Of a stretch of 64,000 nt of DNA, positions 1 to 11,701 are shown piece after piece (position 1 is the first letter of the stretch; each line of letters opens with the position of its first letter). The DNA comes from Callorhinchus milii. Lineage: Eukaryota. The position numbers were made by a program, and so were the translations under genes. Below the pieces are notes generated by a model. It did no database searches, was not told the origin of the DNA, and was given only the letters and a program-made list of their open reading frames with translations. The stretch spans positions 46,874,001-46,938,000 of the forward strand of contig NW_024704742.1 of assembly GCF_018977255.1 (NCBI RefSeq). The letters run 5' to 3'.

Positions 1-402
1 ACTCCACAACCACTTCTGCAAGTCTTGCTGAGAAATCTCATGAAAGCTCATGATTCCAGGAGCAATTGCGAAAAATAGAGTGGCAAGTTACTGTGCTTTG
101 ATATTTAATTAGCAGTATTTCACTCGTTAGTTAATAAAGAAAAAGAAACAATTTTCTTTAAATTTAAACCAAAGGAAAAAAATCAAATGCTGAAGCATTA
201 TCACATTTTGAGAAGTTGACCTATTTTTCTCTTCCACCTGCTGTGTATTTCCCGAGTTTCTGCTTATATTGCTATTACAAAGCCTGAAACTGCAAATGTC
301 TTTGTAGCCCAAGGAGCGATGAAGTCTCTCAAGTCTCCCACTAAGGGATTTTAATGTATCAGATAGATATAATGAATAGGGATCTAAAGTTTAACATTTT
401 TT

Positions 403-877
403 TCGGTCAGCCGGGTGTCTGACACATGCAGAAACCCATCACCATACTTAACAGTACCCAAAACAAACTGAGAATTCCATGCATCTCATCTACATATGGA
501 AATTCTTGTGTTTGGAATGGCACTGACTTGGAGAGGCAGATCAATCACTGAAGATTCTTCCTTCTCAGCTCATATTAACCTTGCAAGCTAAAGCTCAAAG
601 GATCCTCGCTGGACAAGTAGTAGGAAACTTGCTAGAAGTATCCCAACATACTCTCACACCAACCTCCTCCTAATACTTTCCAGAATTAGGTGGGATCCTC
701 CAGAGATTGAGTGTACATTCCAATGCAAGCACAGAGAAATTCCCATATGTAAAGGAGTATATATATATATATATGTGTGTGTATATATATATATATATTT
801 AAGGAACTCTAAGTCTTGTTTGGCTGCTCTTAAGAATAGCAATGGGTTGTTGCACGTGTCAGATACCTGCTGACCAA
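403..877. mobile_element. MITE-like element with long degenerate terminal inverted repeats
   Basis: Left end GGTCAGCCGGGTGTCTGACACATGCAGAAACCCAT...CATATGGAAATT...TGGAATG matches the reverse complement of ~715-877 (GGTCAGCAGGTATCTGACACGTGCAACAACCCAT...CATATGGGAATT...TGGAATG). No ORF. Related copies at 11620, 26590 and 63684. Confidence 0.75.
758..798. repeat. (TA)n/(TG)n microsatellite inside the right TIR of the MITE
   Basis: Directly visible dinucleotide run. Confidence 0.95.
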
Positions 878-1394
878 GTATTTCTCACGGGTCAACATTT
901 GTAAATCTGTGACAGGTCTTGCTAAATATTTGCTCATTTGTGTATAGTTTATAAATTTGTATCTGTGGAATTTTGCTAATTTTAATTCAATGGTCCAGCA
1001 TTGTGTACATTTTAAGAGTCGCACGTTTTCTGGAACCGGTACTAAATGTATGTTTTAAATCATTTAGAAAGAAAATTGCAGGGACTGTGTGGCACAATGG
1101 GGTTGATTTTGAGAACATTGCAATTATAAGAATGTTTGCTGGCTGTGTACATTGTGCAGATTATAAATCCTCTTCCTCACTTCCTCACTTGTCCCTTAGA
1201 ATTAATCTATATTGCTGTAATATTTTATAACTGTTGTTTTGCTAAGCAGCGTATACGACACAAGCATCCCCAGGTAGGGTTTCTAAATTGTTTCATTCAG
1301 AATCACAACATTATCTTGTCTTTAACAAAAAGGACTAAACAGTAGCTAGTATTCATAGCAATTACCATGCTAAACGATTATTAAATTACTAATT

Positions 1395-1446
1395 GCGCTA
1401 TACTACCCTACATGGAGGGTGCTATATAAGTGCAAGTTGTTGTTGT
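1395..1446 (+). mobile_element. old L2 3' tail fragment
   Basis: GGGTGCTATATAAGTGCAAGTTGTTGTTG, matching the L2-type end with a (TTG)n tail. Confidence 0.6.
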
Positions 1447-1680
1447 AATATCCTGTGTAACTCTATCACTGCTTTTCTTCGGAAATAATTCTGTTCAGGT
1501 TTAAATTCGGCTCATCTGGAATAGATATTGAAGTTCTGTTCATTAAAAACAAGCATGACATACAAAAAAATGTTGACATATCACTGACAAAATCGTACGA
1601 GCACATAACATTTTTAAGTGCCAAAATTCATATGTATTATTGCTAGTGAAACTATAGTTATATGCAGTATTACCCACAGA

Positions 1681-4453
1681 CAACAACAACAACAACAACA
1701 ACAAGATTCCATTTATAGAGCGCCTTTCACGTCGGGAGGACGTCCCAAGGCGCTGTACAGTTGGGTCAGGACCCGAGCAGGGGGGAAATGGTCAGGGTGA
1801 GGGGAGGGAAGGGAGGGAGCGAGGAGGGGGTAGAGAGTCGAGAGGGGAGCTGAAGGCTCGGTCAAAGAGAAAGGTTTTGAGACCGGCCTTGAAGGAGGAA
1901 AGGGAGGAGGCGGCGAAGGCACTGGGGGATGGAGTTCCAAAGCCTAGGGGCTGAGAGGCTGAAGGCCCGACCACCGATGGTAGGGCAGTTGGGGCGGGGG
2001 ATGTGGAGCAGACCGGAGCCAGAGGAACGGAGGGTACGGGCAGGTAAGTAGGGGATAGTAGGTCAGAGAGGTAGGAGGGAGCAAGGCCGTGAATGGCCTT
2101 GTAGGTGAGGATGAGGATCTTGAATTCGATCCTCTGGGGGATGGGGAGCCAGTGGAGGCGAGCGAGGGTGGGAGTGATGTGGTCCCGAAGCCTGGTGCGG
2201 GACAGTACACGAGCTGCAGAGTTCTGAATGACCTGCAGCTTGTGGAGGGAGGTGCCGGGAAGGCCGGCGAGGAGAGAGTTCCCATAGTCCAGCCTTGAGG
2301 TGACAAAGGCGTGGACCAGAGTTTCAGCAGCGTGAGGGGTGAGGTAGTGCCGTAGTCTGGCGATGTTCCGGAGGTGATGGAAGGCGGTGCCAGTTGTGGC
2401 GCGGATATGAGGGAGAAAGGACAGCTCAGGGTCGAACAGAACCCGAGGTTCCTGACAGGCTTTGAGAGGTGGAGAGTGCAGCCTTGGATGCTGATGCTGT
2501 CAGCGCCTGAGGTGCGGAGGCGCTGACGTGAGCCAATCAGGAGGGCCTCAGTTTTGCGCACGTTGAGCTGAAGAAAGTTGTCTCTCGTCCAGGACTCGAT
2601 GTCGGACAGGCAGCTGTCAGGACATCGGTGGTCGTGGAGTTGAGGGTAGAGGAGGAAAGGTAGAGTTGGGTGTCATCCGCATACATGTGGAAGTTAACCC
2701 CATGTCTGCGGATGATGTCACCAAGGGGGAGCATATAGAGGGTGAAGAGGAGGGGACCGAGGACAGAGCCCTGAGGGACACCGCACGAGACAGTGCGGGG
2801 GCTGGAGGAAAAGCCGTTCGTGGAAACAAAGTGAAGACGGTGGGAGAGGTACGACCTAAACCACTCAAGGACAGGGCCTTGAAGGTTGAGGTGGGAGGAC
2901 AAGCGGTGGAGGAGGATAGCGTGGTCGACCGTATCGAATGCTGCCGATAGGTCGAGGAGGCAGAGGGAGCCCTGGTCGCAGATGGTCAGGATGTCATTGG
3001 TGACCTTGACCAGGGCAGTTTCTGTGCTATGGGCAGCACGGAAACCCGACTGAAGGGGTTTGAATAATGAATGGGTGGAGAGGAAAGAGCGCAGCTGGGA
3101 GGCGACAACTCTTTCCAGGACCTTGGACAGGAAGGGGAGGTTGGAGATGGGCCGGTAGCTTGATAGCTGCGACGCATCAAGGGAGGGTTTTTTCAAGGTG
3201 GGCGTGATGGTGGCAGTTTTTAAGGGAATGGGAACAGAGCCAGAGGAGAGGGACAGGTTGACGATGTCTGTGATATGTGGGGCAAGGAAGTGGAGCTGGG
3301 AGATAAGGAGTGGAGTGGGGATGGGGTCAAGGGAGCAGGTGGTGGGTTTCAGGGATAGGATGAGTTTGGTGACAGAGGGTGGGGAAACGGGTACGAAAGT
3401 GTGTAGGGGAGGATGGGTAGGAGTCGGAGTGTGGGAGGGAGGGGGTGGGGGGTGGGTGGAGGTTGGAGGGAAGTGACCGCGGAGCGGATTCCCTTGATTT
3501 TGGATTCAAGGAAATCCAGCATCTCCTCACAGTGAAGGTTGGAGGAGATGACCTGCGCGGGGTGGCGGGGGGACGAGGAGTTGGGATGTGGTAGAAAACA
3601 GAAGCCTGGGGTTGTTCTTCGCCTCCAGGATTATCCTGGAGTAGAAGGATGACTTGGCCGAGGCTAGAGTGGAGCGGTAGATTTTGAGGAGGTCCAGCCA
3701 GATTTGTCGGTGGACCGTTAGGCCAGATTTGAGGCAGGTGCGTTCAGCGGCCCGCACCTGGCTCTTCAGTGAGCGGAGGTGGGTGGTGAACCAGGGGGAG
3801 GAGCGGGAGTAGGAGACAGTACGGGAGGTGATGGGGGCAAGAGTGTCGAGTGTGGAGGAGAGGGTATTGTGGAGGAGGGAGAGAGGAGAAGAGGGGTCGG
3901 TGAGGGTTGAAGGCCAGAGGGAGAGGAGTTCAGAGGACTCCAAGGCAGCGGTTAGGGATTGTGGGGGTAACTTCTTCCAGGGGCGGTAGAAGATGGTGGT
4001 GGGTCTGGTGGAGGTGGGGAGGGGGGTGGAGGTGGTGAAGGAGATGAAGTGGTGATCGGAGATGGCCTTGTCGGTGATAGTGACATCCGAGACACTGAGG
4101 CCCCGGGTGATCACCAAGTCGAGTGGGTGGCCGTGACTGTGAGTGGGGGAGTTGATGTGGAGGGAGAGGTTGAGCGAGGAGAGCAGGGAAGAGAAGTCCG
4201 AGGAGATGCAGCAGGAGGGGGTGAAGTGCAGGTTGAAGTCGTTCAGGATGATGAGGCGATCAGAGCAGAGGCAGAGAGATGTAAGAAGTGTTGAAATATC
4301 GGAGATGAAGGTGGGAGAGGTTTTAGGGGGCCGGTAGAGGAGGAGAATTTTGAGTGAGAGGATGGAGGGGTGGGAGAGGGTGAGGTGCTCGAAAGAGGGG
4401 AAAGAGCCAGAGGAGTAGGGGGATAGGGCAAGTGGTGTCCTTGAGATAAGGGC
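1681..4453 (-). mobile_element. young 5'-truncated L2-clade LINE, frameshifted ORF2 (partial APE endonuclease, RT, C-terminus, 3'UTR)
   Basis: EN motifs YRPP, (N)DFN, LDLV, SDH; RT motifs [46 protein letters not shown]; 3' stem-loop and (TTG)n tail at 1681-1754. Confidence 0.95.
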
Positions 4454-4881
4454 ACAATACGACTTGACATTTTCTGCTTTCTCTTACCTGTACTGACAAA
4501 CCGCAAGCCATGTTGAGCTTCTTCCCCAATCCAATCTTGGTATATGGGATTTCAATGGATTGATTAAAAATAATGTTTGAATTGGTGGCAATTTTGCTGT
4601 GTACCCAAAAATTCAGTTGGTCAGGTAATGTGGAGACTAGCCTTCATATCTTCAAACCCACAAGGGGTAAAAGCATTTGAGTTATTAGACTCCACAGATT
4701 CACAGTTCCAACTTCAAGACATATTGTGTTTGAAAATCAGATTTGAAGAGTAAATAGCAAAGCAAACCTATACCTTATGAATTCCACATTCTCCATTAAC
4801 TTCTTCACCTCTAAGCCAACAGTTGATATTAGCGGTTTTGTCTATCGTTTTAGCCACCTGAAGCAAGCCTGTATCTTATAA

Positions 4882-5231
4882 ATTGCATTTGATATAGCAC
4901 TTTATCACATCTTTGAGATGTCTCAAAGTGCTTCACAGTGTATGCTGTAAATTTAATTGACTATACTTTGTGGGCAAAATGCGGCAGCTAAATTGCGCAC
5001 AACAGTGTCCCACAAACAGTTGTGGATTGAGTGACCAAATTTTTTTTTTTTTGAAGGAATTATTACCTTAAAAACGTCCATCAATCGACTAACAACCAGG
5101 TTCCTACTTACTGCTAGGTAAACAGAGGCGTGTGAAGTAAGGAAACTTACCCGCTATTTCGCCCTGCCGGGAATCGAACCCAGGTCTCTCGCTTGCGAGG
5201 CGAGTGCTCTAACCATTGAGCTACAGAACTC
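4882..5231 (-). mobile_element. tRNA-derived SINE, long form
   Basis: Head with A box (TAGCTCAATGG) and B box (GGTTCGATTCC), body, and L2-like tail GTGCTATATCAAATGCAA. Confidence 0.9.
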
Positions 5232-5234
5232 TAT

Positions 5235-5899
5235 GATGTGTGTAACTGGAGGTGAAACAAACACTCCAAGCCAATAGCAGCAACAGTAGAGAGAGTCCAG
5301 GCTCTGGCTCGCCCTGTGGGTTGACAATCGAGTGTGGGATCGAAGAGAAGAATGGAAAGGATGTATTTTTTCCATCAAGAATGTATCACCAATAAGGTAT
5401 AAATTTTCCAAATATCAGCGATGAGAACGCAAATAAATGGACACAAAAACATTACGAGAAAAGAGCTGGAGAGAGGGATTAACATAGAAAGCACGAGTTA
5501 AAGAGATGGATGTAGAGCCCGGAGTGTCTCAAATGGCACCATTTTAAAAGCCCCAGATCGCTGACTGAGGAAACAGAGAACACACGTGGTCCCAGACAGC
5601 CGTTTTAAAAGAAAAATAAAACATAGTAAAAAGATAAAGCTCTTTTCTATGACACAATGTTGCAAGGACTTACCGCAACCAGCGAGCTGCCTTGTTTGAA
5701 CCCTTACACATTTGCACACAAGGTTTACCGTGCGTCGATCACGGGTAAATGACGTTTTTCTGACACAATGAATATCTCTCGGTGACAGACAGCCATAACG
5801 TAAAGTATAACAGGTGCTGGTGGTGTATTCATTCAATGCACAACTTCTATGTGCTCTAGTCACTGGAGATAATATTGTACCACGTGGTAGTAGGACATG
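5235..5899 (-). other. probable 3'UTR portion of the RNASEH2A retrocopy
   Basis: Contiguous with the end of coding homology, more CpG than the flanks, not a recognisable repeat, ends at the SINE head. Confidence 0.5.
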
Positions 5900-6560
5900 G
5901 AATGAGGAAACGAGCCTCCTCTCTGTGGAATAGCGATGTGATTGAAGCTTTGGGTCCACAGTTTTCTTCTCGAAGGACAGCACTGAGGGAGTGTCCTTTT
6001 TGTTGCCATCCTTACCGTCATCATCCCAGTGCACAGGGACTGCCTTGCTGTCCAGTGTAGTCTGTGCCGTGCTCCCACTGAAGCACACAAACTGTGGGTA
6101 GCCAAACACAGGGTCTACATTGCTAGTCAACCACTCCTTGGTCTTAGGGTCATTGGGTACTGTTCAGCAGGTCCAACAGTGTCTATGTAAACTTTTCAGT
6201 TGATCCCAGTGTCGAGTGCATATTGGATTAACCCAATGGTGGAATCGTGAGACATCGTGTTCAGGTTAAATTTGCTGAGAGATACCAGTTGAGATCTCAT
6301 CGGGAGAAAGAATCCGCAAGGCCCAGCTAACAAAATCATTTGCCTCATTCAGTTTAGTAAAACGTTTCTCTCTTTCATCCTCCGATAGAGTCGTGGAATC
6401 TACAACCTTGAGCTCAACGAGTTGCTCCCGCTTCGAGATTGCACAGAAACAGATTCTGTGCACCATTGGCCAACCTCGCCCAAGCAGGCCCCGAGCACCG
6501 CGGATTGCAGTCTGGTGCTGCCACTCACGAGGAAAGCATCCTCAATATCTCAGTATATCT
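5900..6560 (-). pseudogene. RNASEH2A: processed pseudogene of ribonuclease H2 subunit A
   Basis: Translations MVHRICFC...LKVVDSTTLSEDEREKRF...DFVSWALRILSP, KFNLNTMSHDSTIGLIQYALD, YIDTVGPAEQY and PNDPKTKEWL..NVDPVFGYPQFVCFS..TAQT..HRYSTERRL are colinear with vertebrate RNase H2A as recalled (MVYAICYC..LKVADSKTL.., KYNLNSLSHD.., YPNDPKTK..PVFGFPQFVRFSW). No introns; stop codon, frameshifts and deletions present. Confidence 0.92.
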
Positions 6561-6585
6561 CTGCCCCGCTTCCTGCCTCCAATTG

Positions 6586-6741
6586 CAGCTATGTACAATT
6601 GGCTGTCGCATTTCACCCACAAAATACATAGTCAATCCACTTTACAATATATTCTATGAAGCACTTTAAGACATCTTAATGACTTGATGATCTGCCGTAT
6701 CAAATGCAAGGATTATTATTTTTATTACAATTATTATTATC
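6586..6741 (+). mobile_element. SINE 3' half
   Basis: CAATTGGCTG...ATCAAATGCAAGGATTATTATT tail. Confidence 0.8.
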
Positions 6742-7566
6742 ATATAATTCCTCATATACACCCAGTGTTGTCTAAGCACTGTAGTTTTGCAGAGTGATAG
6801 GCATAAATAAAATATCAGAAATATCAGAAGAATATTTTTTGCTGACAGGTTTGATAGCAATAAATATAATGACACGAAATGTCTGAGACAGTGTTACTGT
6901 AATTTAGATATTTCCTACTGGGTTTCTTATTTTAATTTTGTAAAACTTCAGTCTTTAATTCAAATTTTGAAGATTCAGAATATATTGTGTACAGAACTAG
7001 AAGGCCTGTAATTTATATGAGCCCAATTTTTTAAGAATAGATGAATTGTGAACTTTTACGATAATTTTCTTTCTTTTTAAAATCAAAATCAAATGCATTG
7101 AATTTGCTGAGCACAGATTGAACAAAGCATTCCTGTGGGTTTCAAAGAAACCATTACTGAAATATAATGTAAATGTAACATAAATGTTAAACTGCAAGGG
7201 TTTATATTCATAGCTGGAGTCTTCTGACTTCACAGGCTTCGATAGTCTGGACAAGTCATACAGCAACAGTATTTAGAGAACTCCAGAACAAAAGATTTTT
7301 TTATATACCAGAATACATAGATAACAACGTTAAAATAACCAATTATCTTGATCAAAAATGACCCATGCCCTGAAGTTAGAATGAAACTGATGATATTTCT
7401 ATTTCTATACAGAAATCAATGGCAAATATGCACTAATTTCTACCTGATGTGCCTGACTATTTTCTTAAGTTCATTCTGTCCTAGTTTCTATACATCACTT
7501 GTTTCCCTGCAATCATTGCTACAATTTTAATCTTTCAGTTAGAAATATTTCATTCTGGCCATGCCT

Positions 7567-8305
7567 TACAACAACAACTTGGACTTATATAGCTCCCTCC
7601 ACATACGGTAGTGTCTCAGAGGGCTTAACAGTGGTGGAGCCTGATTCTGACCCAGGTGGGGGGGAAGGGTGGGGGTGAGGTGACCGTAAGCGAAAAGCAA
7701 GGTTTTCAGGCGGGACTTGAAAGAGTGGGCAAGGCGAAGGGATTGAGGGAGAGTGTTCCAGAGTTTAGGGGTGTGAGGTATGAGCAGGAGGTCAGTGCCA
7801 GTCGAGCGGAGGCGCTGGATGGTGGAATGGGGAGTGAGGAGGTCGGAGAGGTAGGGAGTTGCCAGAGAGTGAAGGGATTTGAACATGAGCGTGAGGATCT
7901 TGAAGTTAATCCATTCGGTGATGGGGAACCAGTGAAGCCTGAGCAGAACTAGTGAGATGTGGGTACGGAGTTTGGTCTGGGTCAGTATGCAGGCGGCAGA
8001 GTTCTGAATGAGCTGGATCTTTTGGATAGTGGAGCTGGGGAGACTGGCGAGGAGTGTGCTTGAGTAATCCAAGCAGAAAGAGACCAATGCATGCACGAGG
8101 GTTTCGGCTGCATTTGGGGTAAGGTACGGTCGGAGGTGGGCAATGTGACGGAGGTGGAGGAAGGAGGTCCTGGTCAGGGACCGGATGTGGGGAAGGAAGG
8201 CAGCTGGGGGTTGAGCTGGACCCTAGATTGCGCTCTGATTCGGTGAGTCTGAGGGCGAGGTTTAGGAGTTCAGATCTGCAGGAGTGAAGGTTTTGACGTG
8301 AGCCA
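7567..8305 (-). mobile_element. older L2 3' fragment
   Basis: HAL...LDY...LQ...QNSAA...LHWFPI..FKIL peptide and (TTG)n tail. Confidence 0.85.
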
Positions 8306-8696
8306 TTTGTCGATAAATTATCTTTAAAGGATGGAAAGACAAAGACCCAGATCTTTGACTGCTCTTTGTATTAAATATTAAAGTTTCTGATAGTAAAGTA
8401 TTGGGAGGTAAAACCTAGATTGCCCACTAATTTACTGGCTACAGCAGCTTTTAAGCTATAATTAGAAAATTGAAGATGTTTTGAAGTCCTCCCTAGCCTC
8501 TGTAAGGCTCCAGTATTGGAGATTTAATGGTCTTAAGGGTTAGTTCAGGAAATATAATGACAAGCAGTTTCAGAAATGTGAAATTAACCCAGATGTTATC
8601 ACCATCGTCACCACCACTACTGTCTCTGGTAATCAGATCAGCTGTCAGTATATGTTCCGTATTTATACATTTTTATGGCAGTGGAATATTAAACAA

Positions 8697-9338
8697 AAAT
8701 CAACACCAACAGCACCAGTTTACATTTATATAGTGCTGTTCATACGAGGAGGCCATCTCAGTGCTCATCATATCACTAGGAGCCTGAGGTGGGGGGGTGG
8801 AGGAGCTGAGGAAGGAGGAGGGACCAATGGTCATCCACAGCATAGTTGAAAAGAAAGATCTTCAGGTGGGCTTTAAAGGTGTGGAGGGAGGTGTTGAGGT
8901 GGAGGGACTCCAGGATGGAGGTCCAGAGAACTGGGGCAGAATGGCTGAAAGCTTGCCGATTAATGGTGGGCCAAATTAGGAGGGGAACATGAAGCACTAT
9001 GGGGTTTGCTGAGTGGAGAAAATGGCTATGGTGGTAGGGTTACATGAGGTTGCAGATGTAGAGTGGGCTGAGACCTAGAGGAATTGAATACGGGGACAAG
9101 AATCTTGAATTTGATTTGCAGAGGGAAGGAGAGATAGTGGGGATGAGTGAGGGTGGAGGTAACAGGCTCACAGAGACTGGTGCAGGAGAGGGCATGAACT
9201 GCAGAGTTCTGGATGGTGTGCAGCTTGTGTAAGGAAGGATCTGGGGAGTCTGGCAAGCCTGGACATGATGAACACATGAATGAAGGTCTCAGAGATATGC
9301 AGGAGAGGTAGTGGCAGAAGCGGGTGATGTTGTTAAAG
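8697..9338 (-). mobile_element. older L2 3' fragment
   Basis: LHKLHTIQNSA, IKFKIL and AFSHSAPVLW peptides; degenerate tail. Confidence 0.8.
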
Positions 9339-9752
9339 TGTCAGTGTGGCTTAGTTGTTAAGACTCTTGCCTCCGAGTCAAAAGGGTGTGGATTCAAAGC
9401 CCCACATTGGGACTAGAACTCATGTAGTCTAAGCTGACATTCCAATGCAGTGCTAGAATGTGCTGCATTGCTGGAGGTGCGTCCTTTGGATGAGATGTTA
9501 CACCGAGGCACCATCTGCCTGTTCAAGGGGGCATTAAGATCCCATAGCACTATTCAAAAAGCAAAGGGAGTTTCTCCTGGTGTCCTGGCCAACAATCCCC
9601 CACATAAAATTGCGGAACATTGCTGTGTACAAATTAGTTGCCGCGTTCTCCTACAAAATACACGGTGACTTCACTTTACAGTACATCATGTGCAGCAGTT
9701 TGAGACTTCACGATGATGTGATAAGATGCTATATGAAATGCAAGTATTATTG
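9339..9752 (+). mobile_element. Deu-domain-type SINE (tRNA head, Deu-like core, L2-like tail)
   Basis: GATGAGATGTTACACCGAGG...AAGATCCCATAGCACTATT...GGTGTCCTGGCC core, resembling the DeuSINE domain as recalled. Confidence 0.75.
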
Positions 9753-9759
9753 TAAATGA

Positions 9760-10300
9760 GTGAGACCCCAGATGTAGGGGTTAAAGGACTGTAGAGGGTC
9801 AAAGAGTATCCAGGGTTTTGCATTGGTTCTGTGAGATGGAGTGTACAACCGTGAAATGTAGAACTTCTCCAGGACTTGATTTCTGACAGACAGTTGATCG
9901 GAACAGTAGAGCAGTGGTCCTGGAATCAAGGGTTGAGGCAAGAGAGAGAGATAGAATTGAGTGTTATCTTAATAAATGTAGAAATGGATTTCATATTTGA
10001 GAATAATGTTATCAAGAGGGAAAACATAAACGGTGAAAAGGAGAGGATTGCAGATAGAGGAACGTCACAAGGGTCTGTGGGGATGGGAAGAGAAGCCATT
10101 AGAAGAAACAATATGAAGGTGGTGAGGTAAGTAAGAGTGAAACCAGGAAAGGGCAGAACGGTGGAGGTGGATCAAGGAGGAGAGATAAAGAAGAATAGAA
10201 TTGTCAACAGTGTCAAAAGAAGCAGAGAGGTGAACATGAACATGGAGACAGAGAGAGCACTGGTCACAGATGGAGAGAATGTTATTGAATCAAGAATCTT
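9760..10300 (-). mobile_element. highly decayed L2 RT-region fragment
   Basis: Residual FDTVD, VPLSAILSF and LYLS-like motifs on the minus strand. Confidence 0.55.
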
Positions 10301-10721
10301 TGAAATTTGTATAATTATCTTCTAATGCAGCCAAGTTCAGTGTTGCAAGTATGTAATAATCATCACTTGAGAGAGGCATTGGATTGCGGTTTCAAAGGGA
10401 TTGTATACATAGATGAATATGCATCAGTACAGCTGGTGTATAGTGTAGTGGTTTAGAGATTGAATGTCCTCTGCTTGAATTATCAATTAATTCATAGCAG
10501 AGAAGTTCCATCTGGGTCTCTGTTTACTTAGTATGTTAGCGTCCAGAATTTAGCATATTGTTCAGAATTCAGTTTGCTGAAATTACTGAAAATCCGCCTG
10601 AAAATTAATATTACATTTAAAACCGTTCCAATTCTGGATGCTCTAAAAGCTACAAAAATAGAGTAAACCTAGACCCAGGAGGATTTTCTACATTATTTTG
10701 ATAACAACATTACAATACTTA

Positions 10722-11021
10722 AATAATAATAATAATCTTTGCATTTGATGTAGCGATTTCACGTCTTCTAGACATCTCAAAGTGCTTCACATAATAAACT
10801 GTGAAGTGAATTGACTGCATATTATGTGGGCGAAACGCGGCAGCCAATTGCGCCCAGCAGCGTCCCACAAACAGTCTTAGATTGAAGTGGCCAATATTTT
10901 TTTGAGGGATTTATTAGGCGTGTGGAGTAAGGAAACTTAACCAAGGTTTCGCCCTGCCAGGAATCAAACCCAGGTCTCTCGCTTGCAAAGCGAGTGCTCT
11001 AACCACTGAGCTACAGGACTC
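10722..11021 (-). mobile_element. tRNA-derived SINE, short form
   Basis: Full head GAGTCCTGTAGCTCAGTGGTTAGAGC and (TTA)n tail. Confidence 0.9.
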
Positions 11022-11619
11022 CTAAATCATTTAAAAAAAGGGTAGAAGAAAAGGTAAATTTAGATCCATCATATTAATTGTTATTTTCTCAGTATAATCT
11101 CATCTATAATCTGTGGTTGCTGGTCAAACAAATAGATTTTAAATTCTACACAGTTTTTGTTTTGTTCCCTGATAGGTGGAACATGGGTTAAAGAGTAGTA
11201 CAGAGGTTGTGACAAAAGGAGCAGGACCCTTCTTTATATTCTGAGCCCTCCAAGGCACTACCCCATATCAGGGCATTGTTGTTATATTGTTTTCTTTATA
11301 ACTTGTTATTAGATCTGAATAATACTATATCTAACATGAGTGCTTTCCTCTTCTCCAAAGAAAGAGTGCCTACATCTTCCAAAGTCTCCCTCTAGAATAA
11401 GCCAACCGTTTCCTCTGTATACAGCATCAGTTGCTTGAGACCTGGGGCTTGACACCTGTTTTATTTGCAGCTGTCTGTTGTGTTCATATTTTGCTTTTAA
11501 ATGTAGCAGCATTGAGTATTGAGACCCAATGATTTGGCCCATGCAAAGATTCCCCTAAATGACATTCACTGTCTAATCTCACCGTGGTTAATGTAAGCGC
11601 ATCAGTGCTATGTTTCCTT

Positions 11620-11701
11620 TTGGTCACCCGGGTGTCTGACACATGCTTAAGAGTAACCAAACCAAACTGAGAATTCCATGTATCCCACCAACGTATATGG
11701 G
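11620..11701 (+). mobile_element. solo left end of the MITE family at 403-877
   Basis: TTGGTCACCCGGGTGTCTGACACATGC...CAAACTGAGAATTCCATG matches 403-500. Confidence 0.7.

Noticed and set aside
1618..1800. PolyQ/polyN ORFs here and near 36832 and 37305
   Set aside because: Translations of the (CAA)n reverse complement of L2 tails.
5160..5231. tRNA-Ala-like genes here and at 10950, 17970, 19946, 27330, 33751, 53306 and 62855
   Set aside because: Poor acceptor stems, and each continues into SINE body sequence; they are SINE heads.
5498..6130. 210-aa ORF as a functional gene
   Set aside because: Only the first ~75 residues match RNase H2A; the rest is read-through into probable UTR, and the upstream part is disrupted.
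6997..7290. Possible exon near 7210-7290
   Set aside because: Weak splice signals and no recognisable peptide.
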